From Podarcis gaigeae (Eukaryota): 64,000 nucleotides of DNA. Position numbers and translations under genes: made by a program. Numbering within the stretch: the stretch's first letter is position 1; every line of letters begins with the position of its first letter. Positions 11,250-22,525 of the stretch are shown piece by piece. Under the pieces are notes generated by a model. That model worked only from the letters and a program-made list of their open reading frames with translations. It searched no databases and had not been told where the DNA came from. The stretch lies in assembly GCA_964106915.2 (NCBI GenBank), contig OZ066925.1; one strand, written 5' to 3'.

Positions 11250-12095
11250 GACATTGGTGTGACAATGGAAGAGAAGGGACTGAGAGCAGGAGTGCAACTT
11301 GAGAGGGCAAATTCCATTCCAGAAAAAAATTCAAACAATTTGTAATTTAAGCAATCACAAGTTTCAAGGGGTGGTGGGAAAGTTTAAACTGTGAAACAAT
11401 ACCACGTCTCTTGTTTACAGCCTAGGGTACTTTTGCCTGCAGCCAATGAGGGGTCTTGATTGCTTAGTTTCAGTCAGCTGCTCTTGTTGGTAACACACAA
11501 GACATTGAGCTAAATTGTAAATAAAATCTTTTGGGGATTATTCATTATTTGGGTCACCTCACTGATTACCTCAATTAGTCCCCTCAGAATAATAAGCAGT
11601 TAACTCTTTCCAGAGATTTCTGCATTTCCCCCCCAGGATTTGTTATGCAGTTTGAAAGGATAAGGCAGATGTACCTGGCTGCTTTTCTCTTCTTCAAATG
11701 TGACTCATTTAAAAGTGATATGCAGTAAGAAAAATTGTATTTATGTGGTGTTCCCATGCAGCATTCCCTGTGTTCAGTATCTTGTTTAAACTGGGTCACA
11801 GCCACTGTGCGTGTATTTGTGTGTAGTATGAACTCACCATAATTGCACCCAGGCAGAAAACATGCTGGCATGCTAACAACGTATGTTTAGATGAATTGAT
11901 CCAGCTTAGAAGCAGCGTGTGTGAGGTGCCACTTGTGAGTTTCTCTTACACGCTGGTGTCAAATTTAAAAATTGCCACAGAATGGAAATGGGTTGGAGAT
12001 TATAATTCAGTTTGAGTTTGGCAAACCAAATAGTGGAACGGCATATTCCAAAATCCTAGTCCAGAGTTAACAGAGTCACTCTTTGTAAACCATAG

Positions 12096-12458
12096 GTAAA
12101 GGTAAAGGTAAAGGTACCCCTGCCCGTACGGGCCAGTCTTGACAGACTCTGGGGTTGTGCGCCCATCTCACTCAAGAGGCTGGGGGCCAGCGCTGTCCGG
12201 AGACACTTCCGGGTCACGTGGCCAGCATGAGCCCGCTGGCGAGCCAGCGCAGCACACAGAAATGCCGTTTATCTTCCCGCTAGTAAGCGGTCCCTATTTA
12301 TCTACTTTCGAGATAAATAGGTGCTTTCGAACTGCTAGGTGGGCAGGAGCTGGGACCGAAAGATGGGAGCTCACCCCGCCGCGGGGATTCGAACCACTGA
12401 CCATACGATCGGCAAGTCCTAGTCACTGAGGTTTTACCCACAGCGCCACCCACGTCCC
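12096..12458 (-). mobile_element. Sauria SINE, young, MALSU1 intron 1
   Basis: (GGTAAA)3 tail, CpGs retained, 14 bp TSD tttgtaaaccatag (12082-12095 / 12459-12472). Confidence 0.95.
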
Positions 12459-12578
12459 TTTGTAAACCATAGTTTGCAAATAAGGAACTAACCCCAGGAA
12501 TGCATGCACCCCTTTCCTTCCTGCAATCTTTTTTTCTTTTCCACAGTCTCATTTTTATCATTCTGTTGCCTCTTTCAG

Positions 12579-12757
12579 ATCATGTCTCTTCAGTATTCAG
12601 CATTGACTACATGGTATCGCTTCTGAGACAAGAAAATGCCAAGGACATTTGCGTTATTGAGTTGCCTCCAGAACTCAAATACAGCCATTATTTTATAATT
12701 GTCAGTGGGACATCTCCCAGGCACCTCCATGCCATGGCTCAGTACCTGGTCAAAATG
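12579..12757 (+). CDS. MALSU1: MALSU1 exon 2 (RsfS/Iojap domain start)
   Basis: tttcag|ATCATG...AAAATG|gtaagt. (D)[59 protein letters not shown]. Confidence 0.96.
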
Positions 12758-12954
12758 GTAAGTTAACTGCTCTGCACTCTTCTTAGCTTGGAGAAGCTTA
12801 TTAACAGGGATGGCTGGGTATATACAAAGTATACTTGCAAATTTGCCCATTAGGGGAAAAATAGTAGATAATAAAATATAAGGCCCTGAGTATACCAAAG
12901 ATTTCTGAATTACAAAGGAGATAAATTGGCTTCAACTAAGAGTGGGATTCCAGT

Positions 12955-13315
12955 GGGACGCAGGTGGCGCTGTGGGTTAAAGCCTCAGTGCCTAGGACTT
13001 GCCGATCGAAAGGTCGGCGGTTCGAATCCCTGCGGCGGGGTGCGCTCCTGCTGCTCGGTCCCAGCGCCTGCCAACCTAGCAGTTCGAAAGCACCTCCGGG
13101 TGCAAGTAGATAAATAGGGACCGCTTACCAGCGGGAAGGTAAACGGCGTTTCCGTGTGCGGCTCTGGCTCGCCAGAGCAGCGATGTCATGCTGGCCATGT
13201 GACCCGGAAGTGTCTTCGGACAGCGCTGGCCCCTGGCCTCTTAAGTGAGATGGGCGCACAACCCCAGAGTCTGTCAAGACTGGCCCGTACGGGCAGGGGT
13301 ACCTTTACCTTTACC
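12955..13315 (+). mobile_element. Sauria SINE, young, MALSU1 intron 2
   Basis: GGGACGCAGGTGGCGCTGTGG head, B-box GGTTCGAATCC, ACCTTT tail, 18 bp TSD ctaagagtgggattccag (12936-12953 / 13315-13332). Confidence 0.96.
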
Positions 13316-14348
13316 TAAGAGTGGGATTCCAGGAAAAAAGGTGCCCCATGAGGAAATTTGAGGAATACGGGAAAGGCTGGAGGAAAAGGCATGATTTATC
13401 CCATAGATGGGGGACCTCTGGCTCACCATGTTGCTGGACTGCAGCTCCTTGCCATTAGTGGCACTAATGTTGCTCTCAAATAGTTACTTTTCAGGGGTAG
13501 CAGGGGAATGGGACTCAGCTGACCAGGCAAGAGCTTTTCCTGCCTGCCTTTCCCCACCCTCCAGCCTTCATAAGGGAGCAATTTCCAGAGGAGGAGCTGG
13601 GAGAGGAATGGGACTCTATGCTGGCCACCAGTGAAGAGCTTGTTCCACCTGTCTTTACCTATCCTCCAGCACTCGGAGCTTTCAGAAGGAAGTTGCTACC
13701 ATGGTCATTCTGTGAATGTGTTTTGATGTAGTCTTCTGCTCAGTTCAGGTCATGGGGGCGACGAGCGTGTGTGTGAATTCAGCAGTGCTTGTTTTGTTTT
13801 TGCTTGCTAACGTTGATATTTTGTGGATTATGAGTGTTGTGTAATGCTTTGCAAATTTTACGTGACTTTTTGTGTGGTTGTGCAGTTTAATCTATTTTTT
13901 ATGTTTTGTTAATAGTGTTTTGTAGAAGGTAGTTGTTTTATTGATTATTTAATGTAATTTATGTTGCAGTTGTGATGTTCTACTATGTTATTATTTATTG
14001 TATGTATGCCACTTTGTGACTTGTGAGAGTGAAAAGCAGCACAGAAATATAATAAATGAAATGAAATGGCAGAAACCAAATAACCTAATAAAATAAATGA
14101 TGATGATACTTATTATTATTGTTACCCCAGCCACTCTAGGTGGCTTACAGCATATATAAAAACATAGTAAAACATCAAACATTAAAACAATAATTGTGAC
14201 ATAGGTCTCGTTTACTGCCAATGTTGTATGAGGGCGATGTACAGCATATCACACTTGTGAGTGGCAGCAACCATTTAATGGGTTTAATAACTACTGGTCT
14301 CTTGCCCATGAATGTGACTTTTTACACTGACTTTGTTTTCTGTTTCAG

Positions 14349-14430
14349 TACAAGCATTTGAGGACAGACTGGGATCCCCATGTTGTAATGGAAGGGAAAG
14401 ATAGCGAAGATTGGATTTGCATAGATTTTG
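14349..14430 (+). CDS. MALSU1: MALSU1 exon 3
   Basis: tttcag|TACAAG...TTTG|gtaaat. [27 protein letters not shown](G) contains the RsfS 'W.x.D.G' motif. Confidence 0.95.
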
Positions 14431-15535
14431 GTAAATCATTTTGTTTCTAGTAATGAGGCGTCAGACTGGAGCTTGAGAACATCCTGGGTTTAACTACAAA
14501 CTATCAAAACACATTTAGATAGAAGTGGCTTCTTGCACCCAAACATACAGTGGTGCATAATTTGTTAACACAGATATTAATATCCTGCTTTCTGACCCTA
14601 AAGAAAGCATGTGCCAGTTTGGCGAGTTGTTCTGGCTTGGATTCTAAGCACTTAAATTCTGGTGCTGTAGCAGTGAACTACATTGCGGGATTGTTGTATA
14701 CTACTCTCTCAACCCAGCTGCCTGTGTGGGGCTGGAAACGTATTCTGGGCTTTTGTAAAGTACTCAGAGCCTGAGCTGCAGTAGTCACCTTCCAAGCGGC
14801 ATTGCTACAGACATTGCTACATAAGCATGATACCTTCCCCCTGAAGATCAGAAATATATTGGTTTACTTTAATGAGAATTAAAGCATTTAAATCCCTTTT
14901 CAGTAGGAGGGAAAAGTCTGTTTCCTGCCCTTACTTAATGGGAAATGAAAGTGGGTGGCTTGATTCAATCTTAAACTATAGTTTGGAACTGTAGAGGAAG
15001 AGGAAGGCTTTAGGTTCTTACACTCCCCTCTTCCCATTCCACCAGTCCTTGTCTGTTCATAGACTGAAAGCAGGCTAGTGTTGAGAGCTGGCATGGCCAG
15101 ACACCTGCCAAGGGCTCACATGCAGGGGGGCCATTGACAGCAACCTGCTGGATTTGTTCATTACAACCACCACCCAGGTCCATGGGGAGCAGCGATGAGC
15201 AAGCAAGTAACTGGGGGAGGAACACCAACAGCTGCCACTTTTGACAAGAAGTTTCATCTTAATTGAAAGCAGTTTAGTCCATAAGCTAAGTACAATGGTT
15301 CTCGAGTTTACATGTAACAGGAAATTGTGATTTGGTTAAGTGGAATCTTTTATATTGCTCTTCTCGTGTGCAAAAAAGGGCAGGGAAAAGGGAGTGCTAA
15401 CATCAGTTCATCCCCAATTACAGCGAGCCTGTGAGTTTTAGTGGGGGTATGTCCAACTCAAAACACACTTATCTGTAGGAGAACCGTATAGACCAAATTC
15501 ACTGTTGCTTACTGTGACTCTTCTCATCCTCACAG

Positions 15536-15693
15536 GTAATATTGTGATCCATTTCATGTTGCCAGAGACACGCGAAATCTATGAACTGGAAAAGCTGTGG
15601 ACACTCCGATCTTACGATGATCAGTTGGCACAGATACTGCCAGAATCCTTGCCTGACGATTTCATAATTGGGCTAACTCCTGAACAGCAGTGA
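15536..15693 (+). CDS. MALSU1: MALSU1 exon 4 (last coding)
   Basis: cacag|GTAAT... gives (G)[51 protein letters not shown], with the RsfS 'R..Y.LE.LW' motif. Total CDS 693 nt = 230 aa. Confidence 0.96.
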
Positions 15694-16648
15694 TTGGTCT
15701 CCCAAGTAGGGGAAAGAACAGGTCTGCATGAAATATACCACACAGCTGAGACTTGGGTGTCAGTTCTTGGGAAATGCAGCAGGAAGAGAGGACAGAAGCC
15801 TCAATCGGAGACCTTGGTGGCAAACAGAATCATACAGAATACTCCTCAAGTGAATGCGGAGCATATAAAAAATGAAACTTGTTTTATGTATTGCAAAAAG
15901 CATATGTTGTGGGTATAAAGCAGAGATTGACTTCCGAGAGCCTAGTCATAATTCCCCACCCCACCCCACCCCCCCAAATCTGGGTCTTCTTACAAGTAGC
16001 TGCTGGTGGAACAAAAGTTGGTTGCAGGTAAAGTCTGTCTGAAAGGTATTTTGGTTAGTAATTTAGCCCAAAGTGGAAGGAATACATTCATTCTAAAATG
16101 GTTTTAGAATTTTATTCATTAACCTGGGCACATGTTGCCTATTGCTATTGGTCAGTTGTAGTCCCAAAACATATGGAGGGCTGAGTTTGCCTATGCCTGC
16201 TATAGGTGCTCCTATAACACCTGCTTGGGGGTAATGGTTGGCTGATCCATTTTCCTTTTCCAGAGGTTTATTAAGAGCAAACGAGAGAAGCCACAAGGGC
16301 CATTTGGATTTTGGTGCAGACCATCCTAATAGGCCCAGCAGAGTTTAGAAAGCTCAGTAGACCTATTACCATGTAGTTGCCTGTTCGCAACAACAGAATT
16401 GCTTTAAGTTGTCCTATTCACCAACCACCACCATCCCATTCAACAGCCACCCAGAGCTGTATAAGTGTCCCACTGTTGTCACACAAACCACAAAAGTGAA
16501 CCACGTCTAACGGAACTGTCTCAATGTGAATGTTGGAAGTACTACGACATACCCAAGTTTAGAGAACTCAAAGGTCAATCCAACTAATTTAGGCAGAAAG
16601 GTTGTTGTGTGCTAGATGGCTAGTGGCCCAAGTGTGATGATCCTAGCC

Positions 16649-16784
16649 CAGGCATCCCCAACCTTCGGCCCTCCAGATGTTTTGGATTACAATTCCCAAC
16701 ATCCCTGACCACTGGTCCTGTTAGCTAGGGATCATGGGAGTTGTAGGTCAAAACATCTGGAGGGCTGCAGGTTAGGGATGCCTA
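16649..16784. mobile_element. palindromic hAT (Charlie-like) MITE
   Basis: TIR caggcatccc...gggatgccta, long internal inverted arms, 8 bp TSD tcctagcc/tcctagtc. Confidence 0.85.
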
Positions 16785-16988
16785 TCCTAGTCAGTATGAG
16801 TACAGGTTTTCAGACTAACATAAGGGCTAGTTTCCTCCTCTGCCATCACTTTAAATGGAAACATGGAAAATTCAAGAAAGCATAAATGCTTCTATATTTT
16901 GAATATAAGCAGTATATACAATAGATGAAACAAATTAAAGGTAACTTGGAAGAAAACATTCTAGGACAGTGAATTTAAATTCATGATG

Positions 16989-17034
16989 AATAAAGGCTTG
17001 TTTGAAAGAGCAGTAACCGGTTTTGAGCAATAAA
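16989..17034 (+). terminator. candidate MALSU1 polyadenylation signals
   Basis: AATAAA at 16989-16994 and 17029-17034, the first canonical hexamers I found after the MALSU1 stop. Confidence 0.45.
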
Positions 17035-18872
17035 ACCTTGCTTCATTTCATCTATGGCAGGAAGGAAGAATGAACTGATCTAACGTCACAAAGTTGCTAC
17101 AAATACAGCTTAGATTCATTGCTTTCTCTGCACGGAAGAACTAACTTCCAGGCACACTGGTGAAGTCCTCCATTCTGTTCTAGAAAAATGTGGCAAACAT
17201 TCATTTCATTAAAACAGTCAAAAGAAATGGTTTTCGAACACAGCTATTATTGCGTGTAAGTGAAATGACTGTGACAAGAAAAAGCGCTCATAAAGCAATT
17301 GGAACTTTAAAATGGAAGTTGAGTTCTTGACAACTAAGGCTTGCACCCAATGTAACCTCTCCTTCCATCTCAGCACTATGATGGCTAGGACTCGCCCATC
17401 CCACCCCAACACCTCTATTTGCACGCGGAAATGTATATTTGGCAATGTGCACCACTGTCATGTAACCCATGGAGGGTTAAGGCAACACCTGGAAGTGGTC
17501 CTTAGGTAGCTACCACTACCCAAGAGTGCGGACCCTAAAGGCATTTGTTACCAAGAAGTGATTTGGGTGGGTGGGTGTCATTCTCCATTCTAGCTTTTTA
17601 AAGGATCACTAACTCAAAAACCAGTATGCAGCAACATGCAGCCATATTGCAATAGTTCTGCCATCTCATTACTGGTTTGCATGTTTCTGTTCATTAAACA
17701 TTTGAAATACATCAATTTAATGCTTTAAAATATTTTGCTTTGTCATGAGAGAATGGGCCCTGTTCTCTCCCCCCCATCCCTCCCCCCTCTGATTTCTACC
17801 ATTGGACTGGGGATTTTGTTTTTCATTTCTACACCATTGCTGCTGTCGGCTAAGTTGTCCCTACATGGGATACTTCACACACTACTTCCAAGGAAGTGCC
17901 AGGTGTGCTGTAAATTCTCTTTCAGAGAAATGTAACATTAGGAGAGAGTTAAAAGCAAGCAAGCATTTGACAGCCTTACTTTATATCTTGTTAATGAGGT
18001 GACACATGGTATGAAACAAGTTTACATTGGGATAGAACTACCATTGTCTTCTAGATGTTTACATGCTATTGGTCTATATAATTGCATTCTGTTGCTTGAC
18101 ATTTATTTGAACAGTGGCACTTAGCATATAAATTTGTCGTTTTACTGCCCCACAGCACACTGATGACTGCAGAAATCCTGTGCATGGATGTAAATTTGCA
18201 GCTGTCTCCATGTGCACCATTATACTGCATCTCATTGGCCATTAAAAATCAGTTCCTTCTTGTCATAGGCCACTGAAAGAGGACTCATTCCCATTATCTT
18301 ACAACTGCGAAGTTTTAAGCTTATACTGAAGGTCTTTGTACATGGAGAGCATTGGGTTGATGGGCAGTTTAAACTGCTCTCTTCAAGTCCAAATCCCCTA
18401 AGCAAATTTCAGAAGTTTGCAGCTATTCAGTGTTAACCAAGGTAGGCCAGGATGCCTTATCACAGAACAACCAGTACCTTTTCTGTAAGGTTGCAAAATA
18501 AGGCTAAGATCTCATTTCAACAACAAATCATTTAACTGCCATGTTGTGGAAGAAGGGAACACAAAAGCAGTCACATATGTCTGATAATAGGAGTTAAACT
18601 CTTTATTCCATTCAGAGGCATCTGGCAAGTGAAGCTGCATTGGGGGCACATTACAGAGGAGAAATGATCAATACTTTTGTGAATACTGAAGTCATTTACA
18701 GAATCACTTCCTACCTATCTCCAAGTACTCCAAATTACCAAGTCTCAATTGAAAGTAAAAGACATGATTTTACCATTCTAAAGCCTAGAAGTTTAAGAAA
18801 AATTACAATATTTAAACCAGCAGATGTAAATGCAGCACTTATTTTGCAAAATAAAACTGTTATGGAAAAACA

Positions 18873-19072
18873 NNNNNNNNNNNNNNNNNNNNNNNNNNNN
18901 NNNNNNNNNNNNNNNNNNNNNNNNNNNNNNNNNNNNNNNNNNNNNNNNNNNNNNNNNNNNNNNNNNNNNNNNNNNNNNNNNNNNNNNNNNNNNNNNNNNN
19001 NNNNNNNNNNNNNNNNNNNNNNNNNNNNNNNNNNNNNNNNNNNNNNNNNNNNNNNNNNNNNNNNNNNNNNNN
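18873..19072. other. assembly gap (200 N)
   Basis: Run of N. Confidence 1.
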
Positions 19073-19395
19073 CGTTTGAACATTCACTGATTCCCTACCC
19101 ACCCCCACCCCAAATGATTGTGTTGACACCCTCAGATATAATCAAAGACTCTATTTTTCCATCTCACTCCTGTCAGCCAGCAGTTAGAAGCAATCTACTA
19201 TATTTCTTTCCCTTCCCCCACTCAATAAACTCTGTAGTGCTCCTGACTATTGGCTGATCAAATTTTTCTTTTTTTAAAAAAATAAAATGCTTAAGAACTA
19301 TTAGCTTTATAAAGTATACAAAATACCAAAAAGAAAAAAAAGGAAAAAAGAAGAAGCAAAAAAGGAACAATTTCTTATTTGAGGTATTAAATGCC

Positions 19396-19403
19396 TGAGG
19401 TAG
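19396..19403 (-). promoter_or_regulatory. let-7 8mer target site (CTACCTCA) in IGF2BP3 3'UTR; second 7mer-A1 site at 19380-19386
   Basis: Plus strand reads TGAGGTAGT, identical to the let-7 5' end. IGF2BP genes are established let-7 targets. Confidence 0.75.
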
Positions 19404-20002
19404 TTTAGTAAAATGCATATTTATCTTTTCATGCCCTGGCCAACACCAATGAACACTTCCCTTAGTTTATACATGGCAGTGTTATGTAAAAATGCAACCA
19501 AATGTTTAAAAGAAATGCCACTTGGTTAACATTGGGAGTAACACGTAACCTCGTTGTCAATGCCCTTGTTCTAAACCCCGCCCTCCCTCCCCAAACCCCA
19601 CCCTCCAATTGTCTTTTCTTCTTTTACAAATGGACCTAGAAGAGCAATGCCTTTTCTTGTTAAATCAGTGAACTCAAAAGAGAAAGCTTCATTAAACCAA
19701 GTTCTAAAATTGCTGGGGAATAGCAAGAACAATAAAAGAAGACTAACAAGTTTATGTTAAACTGTGAGGAATAGAACAAAAGGGAAGTGAAGGGGTCCTT
19801 AAGTTTAAAGCTGGGTTTCAAAAGTAAGAGAGCCTAAAGAATACATTCTCAGAGACAGCATGCCAACTGTGGCCTGGTCCTCAAACAAGCGACTGGCTTT
19901 GTGAAACATCTGCATATCATTCCAACAGGTGCCCAGAACCTGTCCGTTACAGTCTCTCTCTTTGGTCTGGCATCTGTCTCCGAAGGGTCTTTTCCTAAAC
20001 CT

Positions 20003-20104
20003 TTATTTCCGTCTCTGCTGTGGCTGTCCACTTTGCGCTGTTTTTTGTTGCTGCTGCTGCCTTCTTACCTGAGCCAGAATTTCCTGAATTTTTCGCTGGG
20101 CAAG
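20003..20104 (-). CDS. IGF2BP3: IGF2BP3 exon 15 (last coding)
   Basis: ctgcag|CTTGCCCAG... gives LAQRKIQEILAQVRRQQQQQKTAQSGQPQQRRK*. Confidence 0.95.
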   Translation of the reverse strand, partial: LAQRKIQEILAQVRRQQQQQKTAQSGQPQQRRK

Positions 20105-20649
20105 CTGCAGAGAGTTAACAAAATTCCAACCATCACCTGTCATGTTAGGTTAACTTTTGTACCGCTTGCTTTCTCGTCTCTTTCTCTCCCCCCCCCCCCA
20201 ATTATGTTATTCAAGTGCATTTGCGACTGTAAATACCTTCAAAATAAAGAAGACTGCAATTATAACTGTGCACAGCAGATAGCACATTTGGTCCCTGAAA
20301 AATGCTGCTACAATGATTAAACCGTTAAAATGTTCTCTCTCAACAGCAAATTAAGTATACCAGTACATATATAAAACCAGCCACATAAAAATCATTAACT
20401 TATACAGAACCAAATGTGTAAAAATGAGTTTTTGCTGCTCACCAAAAGACAGAAAGCGAGGGGACAGGACAGAATCCCACAATTTAAAATAATCCAGTAT
20501 TTACTGATAGTTGAACTAGTAACAATATTTCCCCCTTGTTTTCTTGTCAGGACTACAAATGTAATGGTGACATTTCAATGGGTTCAAGGGGAAATTTCAT
20601 GCCAGCTCATTTTTAACTAAATTTCTATTCTCATCTTTGGGGTACATCA

Positions 20650-20841
<192 letters not shown>

Positions 20842-20909
20842 TTATAATATAAATTGGGGTTGCTTTTTAAAAAAAAAAAGTAATTGGTTTATTAGTCAAC
20901 TTTTCGTCA

Positions 20910-21089
<180 letters not shown>

Positions 21090-21567
21090 CTAAATTCAGC
21101 CCTACATACCAACCCCATGAAGCTACAGAAAAGATTACATTTCCTTTCTAATTCCATGTTATCAGCAATAGGCATAATGGTAGAAACAAATCTGAAGATT
21201 ATGTTCAAAAAAAATTAAATTACAGTTTTGATAAATTCATACAATCATTTTACATTTTGGCACCTGACACAAATGACATCAGGATGAGAATGTACAAGCT
21301 TCTGGTGGTGACTAGAAGAGGGCGGAAGTAACTATTAGGAGAAAGAAAAGGAAAACCCCTAAACCACACCAGGAGCATTGCATTTGCAGCTATGGAAGCT
21401 CAGTGCAGAGAGACATGGAAGCACTGCTTCTGCGAAGGAGCAATTTGAACTGAGGACTGCAAATAACACTACCATGATTTTGCTGATTGGCTGCATTTAA
21501 AACAGTCACCACATAGTTTCTTCTACCTACATTTAAAAATGTTAACAGGTATACGCTTTTATTCTTA

Positions 21568-22320
21568 ACATGATGGCAGAAAGTAAGGAGGAATTAAAGA
21601 ACCTTTTAATGAGGGTGAAAGAGGAGAGCGCAAAGTATGGCCTGAAGCTCAACATCAAAAAAACTAAGATCATGGCCACTGGTCCCATCACCTCCTAGCA
21701 AATAGAAGGGGGAGAAATGGAGACAGTGAGAGATTTTACTTTCTTGGGCTCCACGATCACTGCAGATGGTGACAGCAGTCACGAAATTAAAAGACGCCTT
21801 CTTCTTGGAAGAAAAGCAATGGACAAACCTAGACAGCATCTTAAAAAGCAGAGCCATCACCTTGCCGACAAAGGTCTGTATAGTTAAAGCTATGGTTTTC
21901 CTACTAGTGATGTATGGAAGTGAGAGCTGGAACATAAAGAAGGCTGATCGCCGAAGAATTGATGCTTTTGAATTATGGTGCTGGAGGAGACTCCTGAGAG
22001 TCCCATGGACTGCAAGAAGATCAAACCTATCCATTCTTATGGAAATCAGCCCTGAGTGCTCACTGGAAGGACAGATTGTGAAGCTGAGGCTCCAATACTT
22101 TGGCCACCTCATGAGAAGAAAAGACTCCCTGGAAAAGACCCTGATGTTGGGAAAGATTGAGGGCACAAGGAGAAGGGGACGACAGGATGAGATGGTTGGA
22201 CAGTGTTCTCGAAGCTACCAGCATGAGTTTGACCAAACTGCGGGAGGCAGTGGAAGACAGGAGTGCCTGGCATGCTCTGGTCCATGGGGTCACGAAGAGT
22301 CGGACACGACTAAACAACAA
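21568..22320 (+). mobile_element. Bov-B (RTE-clade LINE) 3' fragment, 5'-truncated, disrupted
   Basis: RT C-terminus ...TKVCIVKAMVF..VMYGSESW.IKKADRRRIDAFELWCWRRLLRVPWTARRSN... and the Bov-B end 'gtccatggggtcacgaagagtcggacacgactaaac'. Contains an in-frame stop and frameshifts. Confidence 0.95.
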
Positions 22321-22450
22321 ATGGAACATCACACATAAGCATCTTACTCAATTAACAAGGCAGAAGGGTTTTCTCCTTCTCTTGACTATGCATGTTTTGT
22401 CTTAAAACTATTAATGAAAGTCAAGATAGCACAAGAGCCAAACACTATAC

Positions 22451-22525
22451 CTTGAACTGTGCCTCTGGTGGTCCAGTGATTATCACCATTCTTAGCTTTG
22501 CATCTGGTCCTTCGGCAGGTGCAAT
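22451..22525 (-). CDS. IGF2BP3: IGF2BP3 exon 12 (KH3)
   Basis: IAPAEGPDAKLRMVIITGPPEAQFK; AG/GT, 75 nt. Confidence 0.96.

Larger units (their letters stand above)
18102..20002 (-). other. IGF2BP3: IGF2BP3 3'UTR (distal end uncertain; candidate AATAAA at 18107-18102 and 18607-18602)
   Basis: Follows the stop codon and lacks recognisable repeats. The proximal part resembles the human IGF2BP3 UTR as I recall it (CAGATGCCA..ACCAAAGA, GAGGACCAGGC, GAGAATGTAT, CCCAGCTTTAAA). Confidence 0.7.

Noticed and set aside
15531-15541. CAG|GTAAT as a recursive splice site
   Set aside because: It is the normal MALSU1 exon 4 acceptor followed by conserved Gly-Asn codons in a short intron; no further support.
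18640-19257. 205 aa ORF and neighbours (also ORFs at 49449-49983)
   Set aside because: Artefacts of translating through N gaps.
19396-19420. let-7 miRNA gene on the plus strand
   Set aside because: Only 9 nt match the mature sequence and there is no precursor hairpin; it is the antisense view of a target site.
21606-22405. 186-190 aa ORFs as a candidate novel gene
   Set aside because: Sense and antisense frames of a truncated Bov-B LINE.
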